A stretch of 63,999 nt of DNA, filler included, from Basidiobolus ranarum (Eukaryota), in the NCBI GenBank assembly GCA_040143965.1. It is 28 parts of 28 records of this genome, joined end to end, with 100 filler letters (N's around TTAATTAATTAA, not from the genome) between each part and the next. Parts side by side here need not be neighbours in the genome. Positions count along the whole stretch, not along the records: positions 11,485 to 13,680 come from JASJQH010003650.1; positions 13,781 to 15,975 come from JASJQH010003651.1; positions 16,076 to 18,269 come from JASJQH010003652.1; positions 18,370 to 20,562 come from JASJQH010003653.1; positions 20,663 to 22,855 come from JASJQH010003654.1; positions 22,956 to 25,147 come from JASJQH010003655.1; 22 more parts are not named here. One strand, written 5' to 3'. The stretch's first letter is position 1; each line of letters starts with the position of its first letter. Shown piece after piece: positions 11,948 through 23,039 of the stretch. The notes under the pieces were generated by a model. That model searched no databases. It had not been told where the DNA came from and was given only the letters and a program-made list of their open reading frames with translations. A program made the position numbers and the translations under genes.

Positions 11948-13237
11948 AAGAAGACTTTAGTATATGGATTACCGATATTTTGGATTGACTAAGTGAAGTA
12001 ATGACATTAATATTAGCCATCTCCATGTCCAAGAAATGTCTATATACTAGTCTCCACTGTGAAAGAAAGATAAACCAATATATATCACCTATTGTAAAAA
12101 TACTGAATAAATGACCTCTGGAACTAAGCACCATGCAAACTCTTTTTAGTATTTATACAATATAGATTGTATTGCCGTGGGTATATAGGGGTTACTACTG
12201 GTCTAGTCAATAAATGGTTCACGCTAACAAGCCACCGGCGAGACAGTATTAGTATAACTATAAACGACGAAAATTTGATTGCCAAATAGTTACGCAGCAC
12301 TAACGAACTAGGTAAGTACTAACTATTCCTCAAAATCGTTTAAGCCAAGCTACAATATATGACCAATAAATATCTAATCTACTAATCATTGGCGACATTG
12401 GAATATGAAATCTCTCCTCAGGTTTCGATGATAGTACTACTTCCTCATTAGTGACATGAAGATTTCTACCTGATATACACTTCTGGGATCAATATTTCTA
12501 TTCATCTGCATATCCACAATCACCTACAGTTTGGAAGAGTCAATCCTCTTGTGGTTATCATTTCTGCCACTCACAAAGGGCTCTCTTGTTCAATAAAATA
12601 GAGTTGATTACGTTGAAGTAGATCATGCCTGCAGGATACATAGAGTGCCTATTTGGGTCACATAAACAGCAGAGTACTTTGCCCCATATTTTATATGCAG
12701 TGCAATATAATGTAATAAAACGGCACATTCTAACCCTTTTATGTCAGCTCTTATTGACACAATCATCATGTAAGTGAAGACTAGATAGGATGTAATGTCA
12801 AAATACCTCTCCAGTTGGCCAAGTTCATCGCCACTTAAATGAACCAAAACCAATTGATGGATATGTAAAGATAATATGAGATTTGCAGAGGATTAAGGAA
12901 ATATATTGCATTCAGCGATGTTAATTTTAGTTGATAGGTAAAGTAATGGGAGTGTGTTTAGAAATGTATTTAAGGTACAATTTAATATCTTCAGATTGAC
13001 TTGGAGGGCTTTGAAATTTCAAGCTTAATATCCCCAATTCTAACATACCCCTACATAGCAAATATAGGTAATAGTTTTGAGCGCAGTGACATTTACCAAC
13101 TGCTGCAACTAGTTTGAACTTGATATATGAAATCACTTGATGGAAGATAGGGGGATAGTGGATGTGTTAATAACAATAAATATACATAATAGTTTATAGA
13201 ATTGGTTGATTTACCAGGATATAACTAATACAAGATG

Positions 13238-13555
13238 TATTGGGAAAATCTCTAGTGCACAGGAGATAGTTTAGAAAATTTTGCCCTGATTAACTGAAGA
13301 GAAGTTAACTGATTGGCTTAAAAAGTAAATGGAGTTATGCACAGAACATCTGCCAAACTAAGATGAGCTATTTAAAATCAACTTGAATGACTATAAAAGT
13401 GTAAGTATGACAATGTTGGTTCTTGGATATCTCACAAAAATACAAAATATATGTCTTAAATTTTGGCCAAGTTCCTTTTGAACATGTTATGTTATTCAGA
13501 TGTGATATGGTGCATACATATTGAAATTTGTTGGATAACTAATCTTTATTCAACA
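13238..13555 (-). mobile_element. Diverged solo LTR related to family B
   Basis: TGTTGAA...TTTTCCCAATA termini; shares the CAGAACATCTG..GAGCTA core with family B. Confidence 0.55.
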
Positions 13556-13780
13556 ACATAGTTAACTTGAGTTATGATACATATATCAGAAACAGAAAGC
13601 AATGTATCTATAGCCCCTATATTCTAAATAGGAATATCTCTATATCTATATAACAAGTATGTCTTATTACCCCCACTTATNNNNNNNNNNNNNNNNNNNN
13701 NNNNNNNNNNNNNNNNNNNNNNNNTTAATTAATTAANNNNNNNNNNNNNNNNNNNNNNNNNNNNNNNNNNNNNNNNNNNN

Positions 13781-14127
13781 TTAAAACTCCTATTTCTCAA
13801 TTCACACTTTCTATCCTCATGAGTCTTATTGTATATTTTCTTGCAGTCTTCTGAAGGCATGAAGATGTAGTATTCTCTCCAAAGCAGAGTCAAAAGTTGC
13901 TTCCACTTTTGTCTTATGCGCCCTTCCCCAGCTTCTATCAAGTTTATCAATAACTCCCATATATCCGACCAAGAATTCATAGTTGATACCTGGGCATCTG
14001 TAAAATCATTAGGCGCATGCTGCTTTGTACCACCCACATCTTCATTGAACTGTGTGTGCAAAATTTTGGAAGTGGTGGTTTCCTGTAACAAAGTAGATTG
14101 TGAATTGGGAAGAATCTGATTTGACAT
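13781..14127 (-). pseudogene. PIF/Harbinger accessory Myb/SANT-like ORF
   Basis: SWS..WELLINLIE..QKWKQL..LWREY..EDCKKIY; divergent from the transposase; same linkage at 28440-28640. Confidence 0.6.
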
Positions 14128-14435
14128 GATATATAACTACCATATATATCTGTGATGTTAGACTTATTGGTTTCAATCAGAATTAGGGATCTTTTTATAT
14201 TATTAGATAAGATGTCAAAGATAATTTCCTATAGTTTGATCAAGCATAATGCATTCTGCTTTGAGCTGTTTCAATATATATGCAAATTAAATTGATTTGG
14301 ATTGAACTATGATTAGCTTTGCTAATGCAGTTTATTATATAATTTCCATGCAATTACACATAATTGAAATAATTAGGATAATAAATGCAAACAGAAATTT
14401 TATTATACAGCATGTAAGAAATTTTACCATGTTAA

Positions 14436-14815
14436 TTGAAATTCTTAGATAAAGAACTTGCACATGCCAGATCAATCAGTATTGTGCCAGCTCAATACAA
14501 GATTAATATCATGCTCTCCATCTACTCTAAATGCTCATTCCTCATTAATCCAAAAGCAACTACTGGCTTTCCTACCACCACCCTAGAAGCTATATCTAAG
14601 AAATACTCTTGCTCACATATTCCAATACCTACCAGAAAGCTGCAAGTCAACTTGTTTTGTTACTACAAAACTATCGTCCAATCAGATTTCAGTGCACAAT
14701 TAATGATAGCAAAAGTGGGAGAAGCTTACATACCAGGCTTCAAGAAAGTGAGAAGTATCTAGCTTCAGTGATGAATGATGTTGAAGGTGCCTGGGACAAA
14801 AGACTTAGAGACTCT
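14436..14815 (+). pseudogene. PIF/Harbinger transposase N-terminal fragment
   Basis: Collinear with 28640-29000, which continues into DDE_Tnp_4 motifs. Confidence 0.7.
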
Positions 14816-15720
14816 TGAAAAGAGCCCCTTGTTGGAAGGTTAATATACTCTCTAGTCTCCTTAACCCATTGCATTAAATCAATCCTAGATTTTGCCAAAA
14901 CATTGTTAATCAGATTAGCATACAGCAATACTGATGATTTCACACAGAGCATCATCTCACCACAGGTGTGCCCCATTGGGAACTCCGAGAATATATAACA
15001 AGGGCCTATAATCTCTATGCATAGTGAAAGATGCAGCAAGGAATGTATTGAATACTGGCATAGATTCAGTCTACCTTCTTTAAACCTATAATAAAGTTTT
15101 TCATATCCAATTACAAAATCTTGACACAGTTGCTATATCTGCCTGAGATCTGCCAATGTGAGTTGATGCTGTACAAATGTATTAACAATATCCACAAATA
15201 ACTCTCAATTTTCTAATACTTATCAGGCAGAAATCTTTTCAAGATTCCACTTGAATATAAACAAATACCATACTTCCAGTGCTTGCATTTAAATAAATGC
15301 CTAGATGAGTGCATATTAATGGAAGTCCTGGTAAAATATGATGGTATCTTGACATTTTTGAGTGTTTTGCCAATTGATTCAAACTTTGTTCCTATTTTGA
15401 ATGGCTCATTTATATTGAATTTTCTACTATATAGCCAAGTATATAGTATTGGAATGTTGTTAAATAGTAAGCACATATTGCCCAATGGGAAGCTTTGGCT
15501 CTGGCTGATCCCCTTTAGCAATATTATCTTGGGCTTATGATGAATACCAAGTTTGATATTAGACTGACTATTTGGAGAATTGATATCAGTGATCATGTTG
15601 AAGTTTGACCAGGCTCTTGATGGTAAATCAACGAGTTTAGCATTGTACTTGGATAGTAGTAAAGCATATGCCTGATAGAGTAAACTCCATGTATTTTACA
15701 ACATCTACAGCAAAAAAGTG
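14812..15720 (-). pseudogene. CACTA transposase fragment
   Basis: Reverse homolog of 30710-31527 (KCKHWKYGICLYS..IGPCYIFSEFPM). Confidence 0.85.
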
Positions 15721-16075
15721 TATTGTGCCTGCAAAAACCTTCAGTGTTTACTGATGGAAGGAGTGGACTTGTTCTCTGTGATAGTGCCAGATTGTGCTGT
15801 ATACATCATATTGGATAAAGTGTTCCAAAATTTATGCGGAACAATTTGGCACTATCCATCACCCTCCGGCATGATCAATTTCAATCACATTTACTCTAAT
15901 ATATTGATCCAAGGTCTGATAAATCCTGGCACAATGGAACAAGTCCAATGTCACCAATACATACAATGATATTAGNNNNNNNNNNNNNNNNNNNNNNNNN
16001 NNNNNNNNNNNNNNNNNNNTTAATTAATTAANNNNNNNNNNNNNNNNNNNNNNNNNNNNNNNNNNNNNNNNNNNN

Positions 16076-18194
16076 CGAATCCAACCTTAAAGCCAAAGAA
16101 AACCAAATGGAAGAAACCAGACAGCTCCTCCTCCAGGAAGTCAATTCTCTTGGTGAACGCTTAGACGATGAAATTACAAATAAGCAAGAACTCATGAAAT
16201 CCAAAAAGAAACTCGAGATGGAACTTCAAGAACTTGCATTGAATGCTGATTCATCAGAAAGATCGAAATCCGATTTAGAGCAAGCCAAGAAAAGAGCTGA
16301 AAGCAACGTCCGAGATCTTCAAAACCAACTCGAGGCCGAGGGACGACTTCGCAAAAACTTCGAGGAGCTATCTGTTCGTCTCGAAAGTAAATCCAATGGC
16401 CTTCAGACAGAAGTGGAAAGACTAGAGCATCGTGTGGAAGAACTTGAACTCAAAAAGCGACAACTAGAGACTCGTATTGAAGACCTTGAATTTGAGCTAA
16501 ATGGTGGCGATGATTCTAAAGAAGCATTGATTGAACAAAAAGCTCAGTTTGAAAGGGAAATTCAAATTCTACACGAGCAGTTGGCTGAAGAACAAGAGGC
16601 ACGCGCCAACCTCGAAGCCGTTCAACGAGATATCGAACTAAGCAATGTGAAGAACCAAGTTAGGGAGGAAATGGAAGGAGAGATTGAAAATCTAAAGGAA
16701 AGTCGCCGCGCAGCGATGGCCACGATGAGACTTCTACAACAAGAACTTGAAGATAGAAAGAGTGATATGGAGAACTTCAACAAGCAAAAGAAAGCACTAC
16801 AAGACGAGATTGTTGATTTGAAGAATCGCCTTGAGAATGAGCATCTTACGAAATCGACCGAAGCCTCCTCTCGTCGACAAATCGCTTCCGAATTGAAGGA
16901 AGCTTTTATGAAGTTGCAGAATGAGCGAGCTAAATCATCTGAACTTGAAGAGGCCAATAAAACATATCGCTCTAGATATGAAGAAACCATGAATAGAATG
17001 GAAGCTGCGGAGATGGCCTTACTGAAGACTCAGAAGAGTGAATCAAACCTTAAAGCTCAACTGAACGAACTGGAGGCTACGTTGGAAACTGCTTTACTCG
17101 AGCGTAGCAGTGCTGAAGATTCTGTCAAACATCTTGAAGAGCAAATTCTTCATCTACAAGCTAAAATAGAAGAAGAAGCAATGGAGTATGCTGACATTTC
17201 CATGGTCAAAAATCGCCTTCAGGAAGAATTCGAATTGGCCTGTGAGAGATATCGCAAGGAAATAGAAGAACTCGAAACCGACTTAAACACGATGCGCAGT
17301 AAGTACCAGAATGAGCTAAGTCAACTTACAAGTGATTTGGAGGAAGAACGCACCAATGTCATACAATTACGCGAAAGCCGTCATAACCTTGAATCACATG
17401 TTGAAGATCTTAGCGTTCGACTTGAAGAAGAGCTTGGTAGTGCATCCATCTGGAAGAGAGAGGCCGATAGAAAAGAGGCGAAGTTGATAGAAACTACTAA
17501 ATATTATCATGAAGCCACTGCTCTTCAAGATAACCTTCAACGACAAGTCAACACTCTATCCAATCAGCTTCGGGACACTCGGATTTCGCTAGAAGATTCT
17601 GAAAGCCAACGCTTAACACTCGAGAAAACCAAAAAGAGCCTTGAACAACGCCTGGAGGAATTTGATGAAGAAGTCAGTGAAATCTCCAAGACTCGTCAAA
17701 CTATTCAAAGATCGTTAACTTCTCGAGATCAAGAAATATCTACCCTCCGCGAGCAACTGGAAGAGCAACACGAGAAGGTTGAAGACGCCGTTGATAAATT
17801 AAAAAGGGCCGAATTGGCCACTACAGAAGCCCAAAACGAACTAACTAAAGAGCGTGAGTCCAATTCGGAGCTAATGCGTGCCAAACTAACTCTCGAAAAG
17901 CAAGTCAACACACTTAACATTCGGATCGTTGAGTTGGAAACCAGCTCGCAAAGTAGTCGACATGCTGTTGTAGGCTCTCGTATTGGAGACTTGACAAGCT
18001 TCCTAAGTACTGAAGCTCGGGAGAAAAGTGAGTCCATGCGTCAAGTACGGAAAACTGAGCGTACCATTCGTGAACTTCAACATCAACTGGTGGATCGTGA
18101 AAAGAGCATCAACCGAATTGAAGAAGAAAATGCACGTCTTAAAAATCGCTTCGACAAACGGTTTAAAAGAAATATTTTGCGAAATAAATTTTAA
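16076..18194 (+). CDS. Myosin II heavy chain coiled-coil tail (5' partial; last about 12 codons doubtful)
   Basis: About 700 aa of E/K/L heptad coiled coil with myosin-tail end (RQVRKTERTIRELQHQL); normal CpG content. Confidence 0.82.
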
Positions 18195-18369
18195 AAGTTT
18201 TAAATCTAGTCTGTGAGAGAGTTCTAAATAAAGTTTTAAGTTAGATTCTAATTGGGTTCTAAAATAAACNNNNNNNNNNNNNNNNNNNNNNNNNNNNNNN
18301 NNNNNNNNNNNNNTTAATTAATTAANNNNNNNNNNNNNNNNNNNNNNNNNNNNNNNNNNNNNNNNNNNN

Positions 18370-18910
18370 TGTAAGAAAAGCAATAAACACCTGGTTGCTA
18401 AGATTGGATTGAACTCTTCACTCCTCAATAATTGAAGCTGCTTCCTTTGCTGTAAGTGTTATGAGTGGCCTAATGTTTGCCAATAACAAAGAGTCTGTAA
18501 CAAAACCATTGTCTCCTTCTTCAACTTCTGATATACTGCCATTGGTACTGGAACAACCAAGGTCAACATCTAGCAGCAAGTCCTCAAAGTTGTCTGGACT
18601 TCTTGGCTCAACCAAAGTTGCATTTTGACCTACATCATTCTGGTCATATAACTGGTAACTCCATGGTATCTTGACTTTTGGCAGTGTTACCAATATTTTG
18701 AGGCAAACTACAGTCAGTAGACTCAATGGGCAAAACTAAAGTTGATTTAGTGCACGTATTACTGTTGTTAAACACCAGGCTTTGTCCAGCTGGTGGCTTT
18801 GTACAGTGACCATGCTTGTGATTCTTTTTTCTATGAAGCCTTTGAATATCATAGCACAAGAATTTGCAACAATAATAGCAGGGCTTCTTTACCCTTTTGT
18901 GTTGTGGCAT
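18370..18910 (-). pseudogene. CACTA transposase N-terminus (ATG at 18910, Cys/His-rich)
   Basis: MPQHKRVKKPCYYCCKFLC..H; 18370-18575 matches the start of contig 29832, which runs into the Transposase_21 domain. Confidence 0.75.
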
Positions 18911-19122
18911 GAGAAGGGTAGTGTAGAAAAAAGAACAACTCCCATGTAAGGGTGGTATTTTAGGTGTAGCCCGTCAATATCATCAGCAAATTCCAAGAAG
19001 GTGTCACAAATGAGTCATCAGGGGATTCACAAGATATTTCCAGTAATGGATGGCAATTTTGACTTATTATAGGTTCTTTCTAAGTAATTTCATTACACCA
19101 AGTTTACCATCTGAAAATTTCA
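18911..19122. promoter_or_regulatory. Putative bidirectional promoter of the CACTA-type element
   Basis: About 210 bp between divergent starts; partial homolog at 59560-59730. Confidence 0.5.
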
Positions 19123-20545
19123 GTGCCATTAAAAAAGGGTTCAAAATCTAAGCCAAAGCCTGCTGGCAAGAAAGGAAAAAAACCAGCAAGAACAGAGGAC
19201 CTAATTGATAAGCAGTCTAACAATCCACTATCCACTTTGGAAGGCATTAACATGCCAGAAACTAACTCAAGTAATGATGAAGCATTAATCAATTTTCCAG
19301 ATGTGTTCCTTTCCAGCATTAGTGCAAGTGAAGAGATTGTAATCCCCCTATTACACAGTAAATCAATAGTTGAGCAAAGTTGAACTAAAACACCATCAAG
19401 ACCATCTACTTCCAAAATGGCTACTTTGCCCACTATAGAACAACCCTCCATAGAAAATTTGGTTAGAATTAATACAATAAGAGAATTGCAGGCGGAACAC
19501 CTTAATGATTTGTATGCAATTATAAGTAAAAACTATGAAGTTGCTCCACAGGCCATGATAAGCAATAATGCCGCAATATTGCAATTAATGCAGCCTTTGA
19601 AAGCTACTGGTCAACAGTTAGAGAGTCACTCAACAATGATACCAGACCTGCAGAATGCTGTACTTGAGCTACAGCAACATGCTGCTCCCTCCATCCATTC
19701 TCATATAGGATTTCAGTTAATCCCACACCATACATTCAAATGTCACCATGACAATCTATCAGATCAGAATATGGGTTGGACCATTAAGCCTACACAATGA
19801 CCAGAAATTGCTTAGTCACATGAAAGTAGAAATCTCATAGGAAAACTGGCAAACTAAAAGACTCTGGATGTCACAGCTGCCATAAGAAATTTCATTACAC
19901 CAACTTTACCATCTGAAACTTTTGATGCCATTCCAAAAGCATTTAAAATCTAACTCAAAATTGGCTTCCAAGCCAAAGCCTGCTGGCACTAAGGGAAAAA
20001 AACTAGCAAGTACAGAGGACGTAATTGATGAACAGTCTAGCAATGCTCTATCCACTTTGGAAGGCATTAACATGCCGGAAACTAACTCAAGTAATGATGA
20101 AGCTTTAATCAATTTACCAGATCTGTTACTTTACAGCAATAGGGCAAGTGAAGAGATTGCTATCCCCAAATTATGTAGTAAATCAATAGTTGAGCAAAGT
20201 TCAACCAAAACACCATCAAGACCATCAACTTCCAAAATGGCTACTTTGCCCCTGTTGAACAACCCTCCATAGAATATTTGGATAGAATTATTACAACAAG
20301 GGAATTGCAGGGAGAACCCCGTAATGATTTGTATGCAATCATAAGTAAAAACTAACAAGTTGCTATACAGGCTATGACAAGCAATAATGCTGTAATTTTG
20401 CAAATAATGCAGCATTTGGAAGCAACTTTTCAACAGTTGGAGAGTCACTCAGCAATGATACAAGACTTTCAGAAAGCTGTACTTGAGCTACAGCAACATG
20501 CAGCTCCCTCCCTCCATTCTCATACAGGATTACAAGCAGGCCCCC
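19123..20545 (+). pseudogene. CACTA-family ORF2 (uncharacterised), 5' half, two tandem copies (19123-19880 and 19925-20545)
   Basis: Basic N-terminus KPKPAGKKGKK, STLEGINMPETNSSNDEALIN, coiled coil ending LQNAVLELQQHAAP; repeated at 52710, 57273 and 59729. Confidence 0.75.
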
Positions 20546-20662
20546 CCCAAACAAATCCGCAGNNNNNNNNNNNNNNNNNNNNNNNNNNNNNNNNNNNNNN
20601 NNNNNNTTAATTAATTAANNNNNNNNNNNNNNNNNNNNNNNNNNNNNNNNNNNNNNNNNNNN

Positions 20663-21557
20663 TATTTTCCAAAAATTGCCGGATATTGAATAATGCATGC
20701 CAAATTTGAGGATCAATATTTTAACATGTATAAATACCATCAAAATACCATCAAGAAACTGCCATCACACCTTCAAAATCCCTGGAGAATGCAAGCCACC
20801 AATTTTGTGATGGTTCTCTGACAGTTGTGCTCTTTTGGAGGGTGTATCCAATCAAGATCAAATTGATTTTATTTTTGTTAGGGTGTGAGATAGATCTAGA
20901 TGCAGTATTATTGTTTTAGCTGTGGGGTAATCTATTCAAGCACTGACACATCTACTTGTGGCAGGACATTTGTTGACTGCAATTTGGGGATATATTGGCT
21001 GAAATCTTTACAGAAATTTGGCAAAATCCAAGAGCTTATTCCCATTGTGAATGGTAACAAGAGTCAGCTATTTGCCAAATGTCAGTACTATTCAAAATTT
21101 CAGATGTTTAGCAATTTTTTCACAATTAGTTTGCTGGTAAAGCATGTTGATGTTGTTGATTTATGTCTGATCAGTCAAGTATGTGCTTATGTAAAGACTA
21201 AACACAAGAAGATTGTAATACTTTTTGATTCTGATAATGACTGGAGTACAAAGCCAAAAGTATCTAAATAAAGGCATGCATATTAATTCAAATTCCTACT
21301 GCAGTAAACCCAGTAATTTACAATTAAAAAGTTATGTTTTTGCAAAAATTGCTGGAAATTAAATCACACATGCCAAATATGAGGAACATTATTTTAACTT
21401 GTGTGAATACTGTCAAGATACCAACAAGAAGCTACTATGACACCATCAAAATCCCTGGCAGAATGCCAGCCACCAAAAATGTGATGGTTCTCTGACAGTA
21501 TTGCAATTCCTAAGGGTGGATCCAATCTGGATCAAATTGATGTTATTTTTGTCAGGG
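20663..21557 (+). mobile_element. Two nested CACTA 3' ends: end B finishing at 20883, then transposase C-terminal exon plus end B finishing at 21557
   Basis: ...ATTTTTGTTAGGG and ...TTTTTGTCAGGG; exon GRTFVDC..KFGKIQELI..FAKCQYY. Confidence 0.82.
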
Positions 21558-21559
21558 TA

Positions 21560-22010
21560 CTTGTACAATGTGGAATCAGAAGATCAAAACTGGCTAGAAG
21601 TAATGACTAACTTGCTTGACAGCAGTTGATAACTTTGGTTGTACTAAAATTCTGCAGATTCTTATGATCACAATAGAATGTGAATGTGTGAGTTGCTCCA
21701 TCCAAGTATTGTTGCCATTGGCCAAATGATGCAACAATTGCTAACAGTTCCACAGCATATTTGATTTCCATGGCAGAGAACTTGCTTTTGCAAAAGGCAA
21801 CAGGGTGCAGTACGTTGTCATCACCATACTGTGATAGTACTGCACCTAGAGTAAAGTCATATGCATCAGTTTCAACAATAAATGGCTTGTCTAGTTTGGG
21901 GTGTACCAGTATTGGTGCTGAGGTAAAATCATTCTGTAACGTTTCAAATGCTTTTTGGCAAGATGAGTGCCAGTCAAATGAGAGTTCTTTCTTGAAAAGG
22001 TTTATTCATG
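21560..22010 (-). pseudogene. Ty3/gypsy RNase H fragment
   Basis: AFETLQNDFTSAPILVHP..PFIVETDAYDFTLGAVLSQ..HPVAF..ELLAIV..CDHKNL. Confidence 0.9.
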
Positions 22011-22215
22011 GAGGAGATTTTTACACCACCCAATGATAGCATCCTTCCATCAATTACTTTTACAAGGACTGGGCTAGATTTCTTGATTGTTTGGTGGAGT
22101 GGGATTTGGCAATGGGATAGTCAATAAACAGGAGGAAGCATCTGAATCAAGTAGTGCAGCTGTTATTATTGACTAGGAGTTTGGTAACAAGTGTGTAATG
22201 GCAGCTTTAATGATT

Positions 22216-22685
22216 CCCTAACAGAAATAAAATTGAATTGATCCGGATTTGATCCACCCTCCAAAATAGCAAAACCATCAGAGAACCGTCACAATATTGT
22301 TGGCTTGCATTCTGCCAGGGATTTTGATGGTGTGAGGATGGTTACTTGATGGTATCTTAATGGTATTCATACATGTTAAAATATTGATCCTCCAATATGG
22401 CATGTGTTATTCAATATCCAGCAATTTTTGTTAAAATATAATTTTCAAATGGCAAATTATTGGGTTTACTGGTGTAGGAATTTGAATTAATATGCATGCC
22501 TTTATTTAGATATTTTAGGCTTTGTATTCCAGCCATAATGAGAATCAAAAAACACAAGAATCTTGTTGTGTTTAGTCTCTACATATGCACATATTTGACT
22601 GATTAGACATAACTCAACAACATCAATATGCTTTACCAGCAAACTAATGGTTGAAAAATTGCTAAACATCTGAAATTTTGAATAG
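22216..22685 (-). mobile_element. CACTA end B plus transposase C-terminus, interrupted by LTR B (22686-22855)
   Basis: CCCTAACAGAAATAAAATTG at 22216; TATTGGGAAAATATGG at 22686. Confidence 0.82.
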
Positions 22686-23039
22686 TATTGGGAAAATATG
22701 GGCTGTTTGGAGGAACTTTAGAAAAGCAGAGTTGTGAATAGCTTTGTGAGATAATTATTTATTGACCAGAAATTAAGCATTTATACATTTTGGTGGAAAC
22801 ACAGAAAACTAACACTGGGGTTATGTTCAGAACATCTGCGGGAGTAAAATAAGCTNNNNNNNNNNNNNNNNNNNNNNNNNNNNNNNNNNNNNNNNNNNNT
22901 TAATTAATTAANNNNNNNNNNNNNNNNNNNNNNNNNNNNNNNNNNNNNNNNNNNNGGGTTATGCACCTGCTGCTGCTGTGTACCTTTCTCTGCCGCCATC
23001 AGCTCAGGTTTTGACCTGCTAGCCCCATTTGCAATCTAT

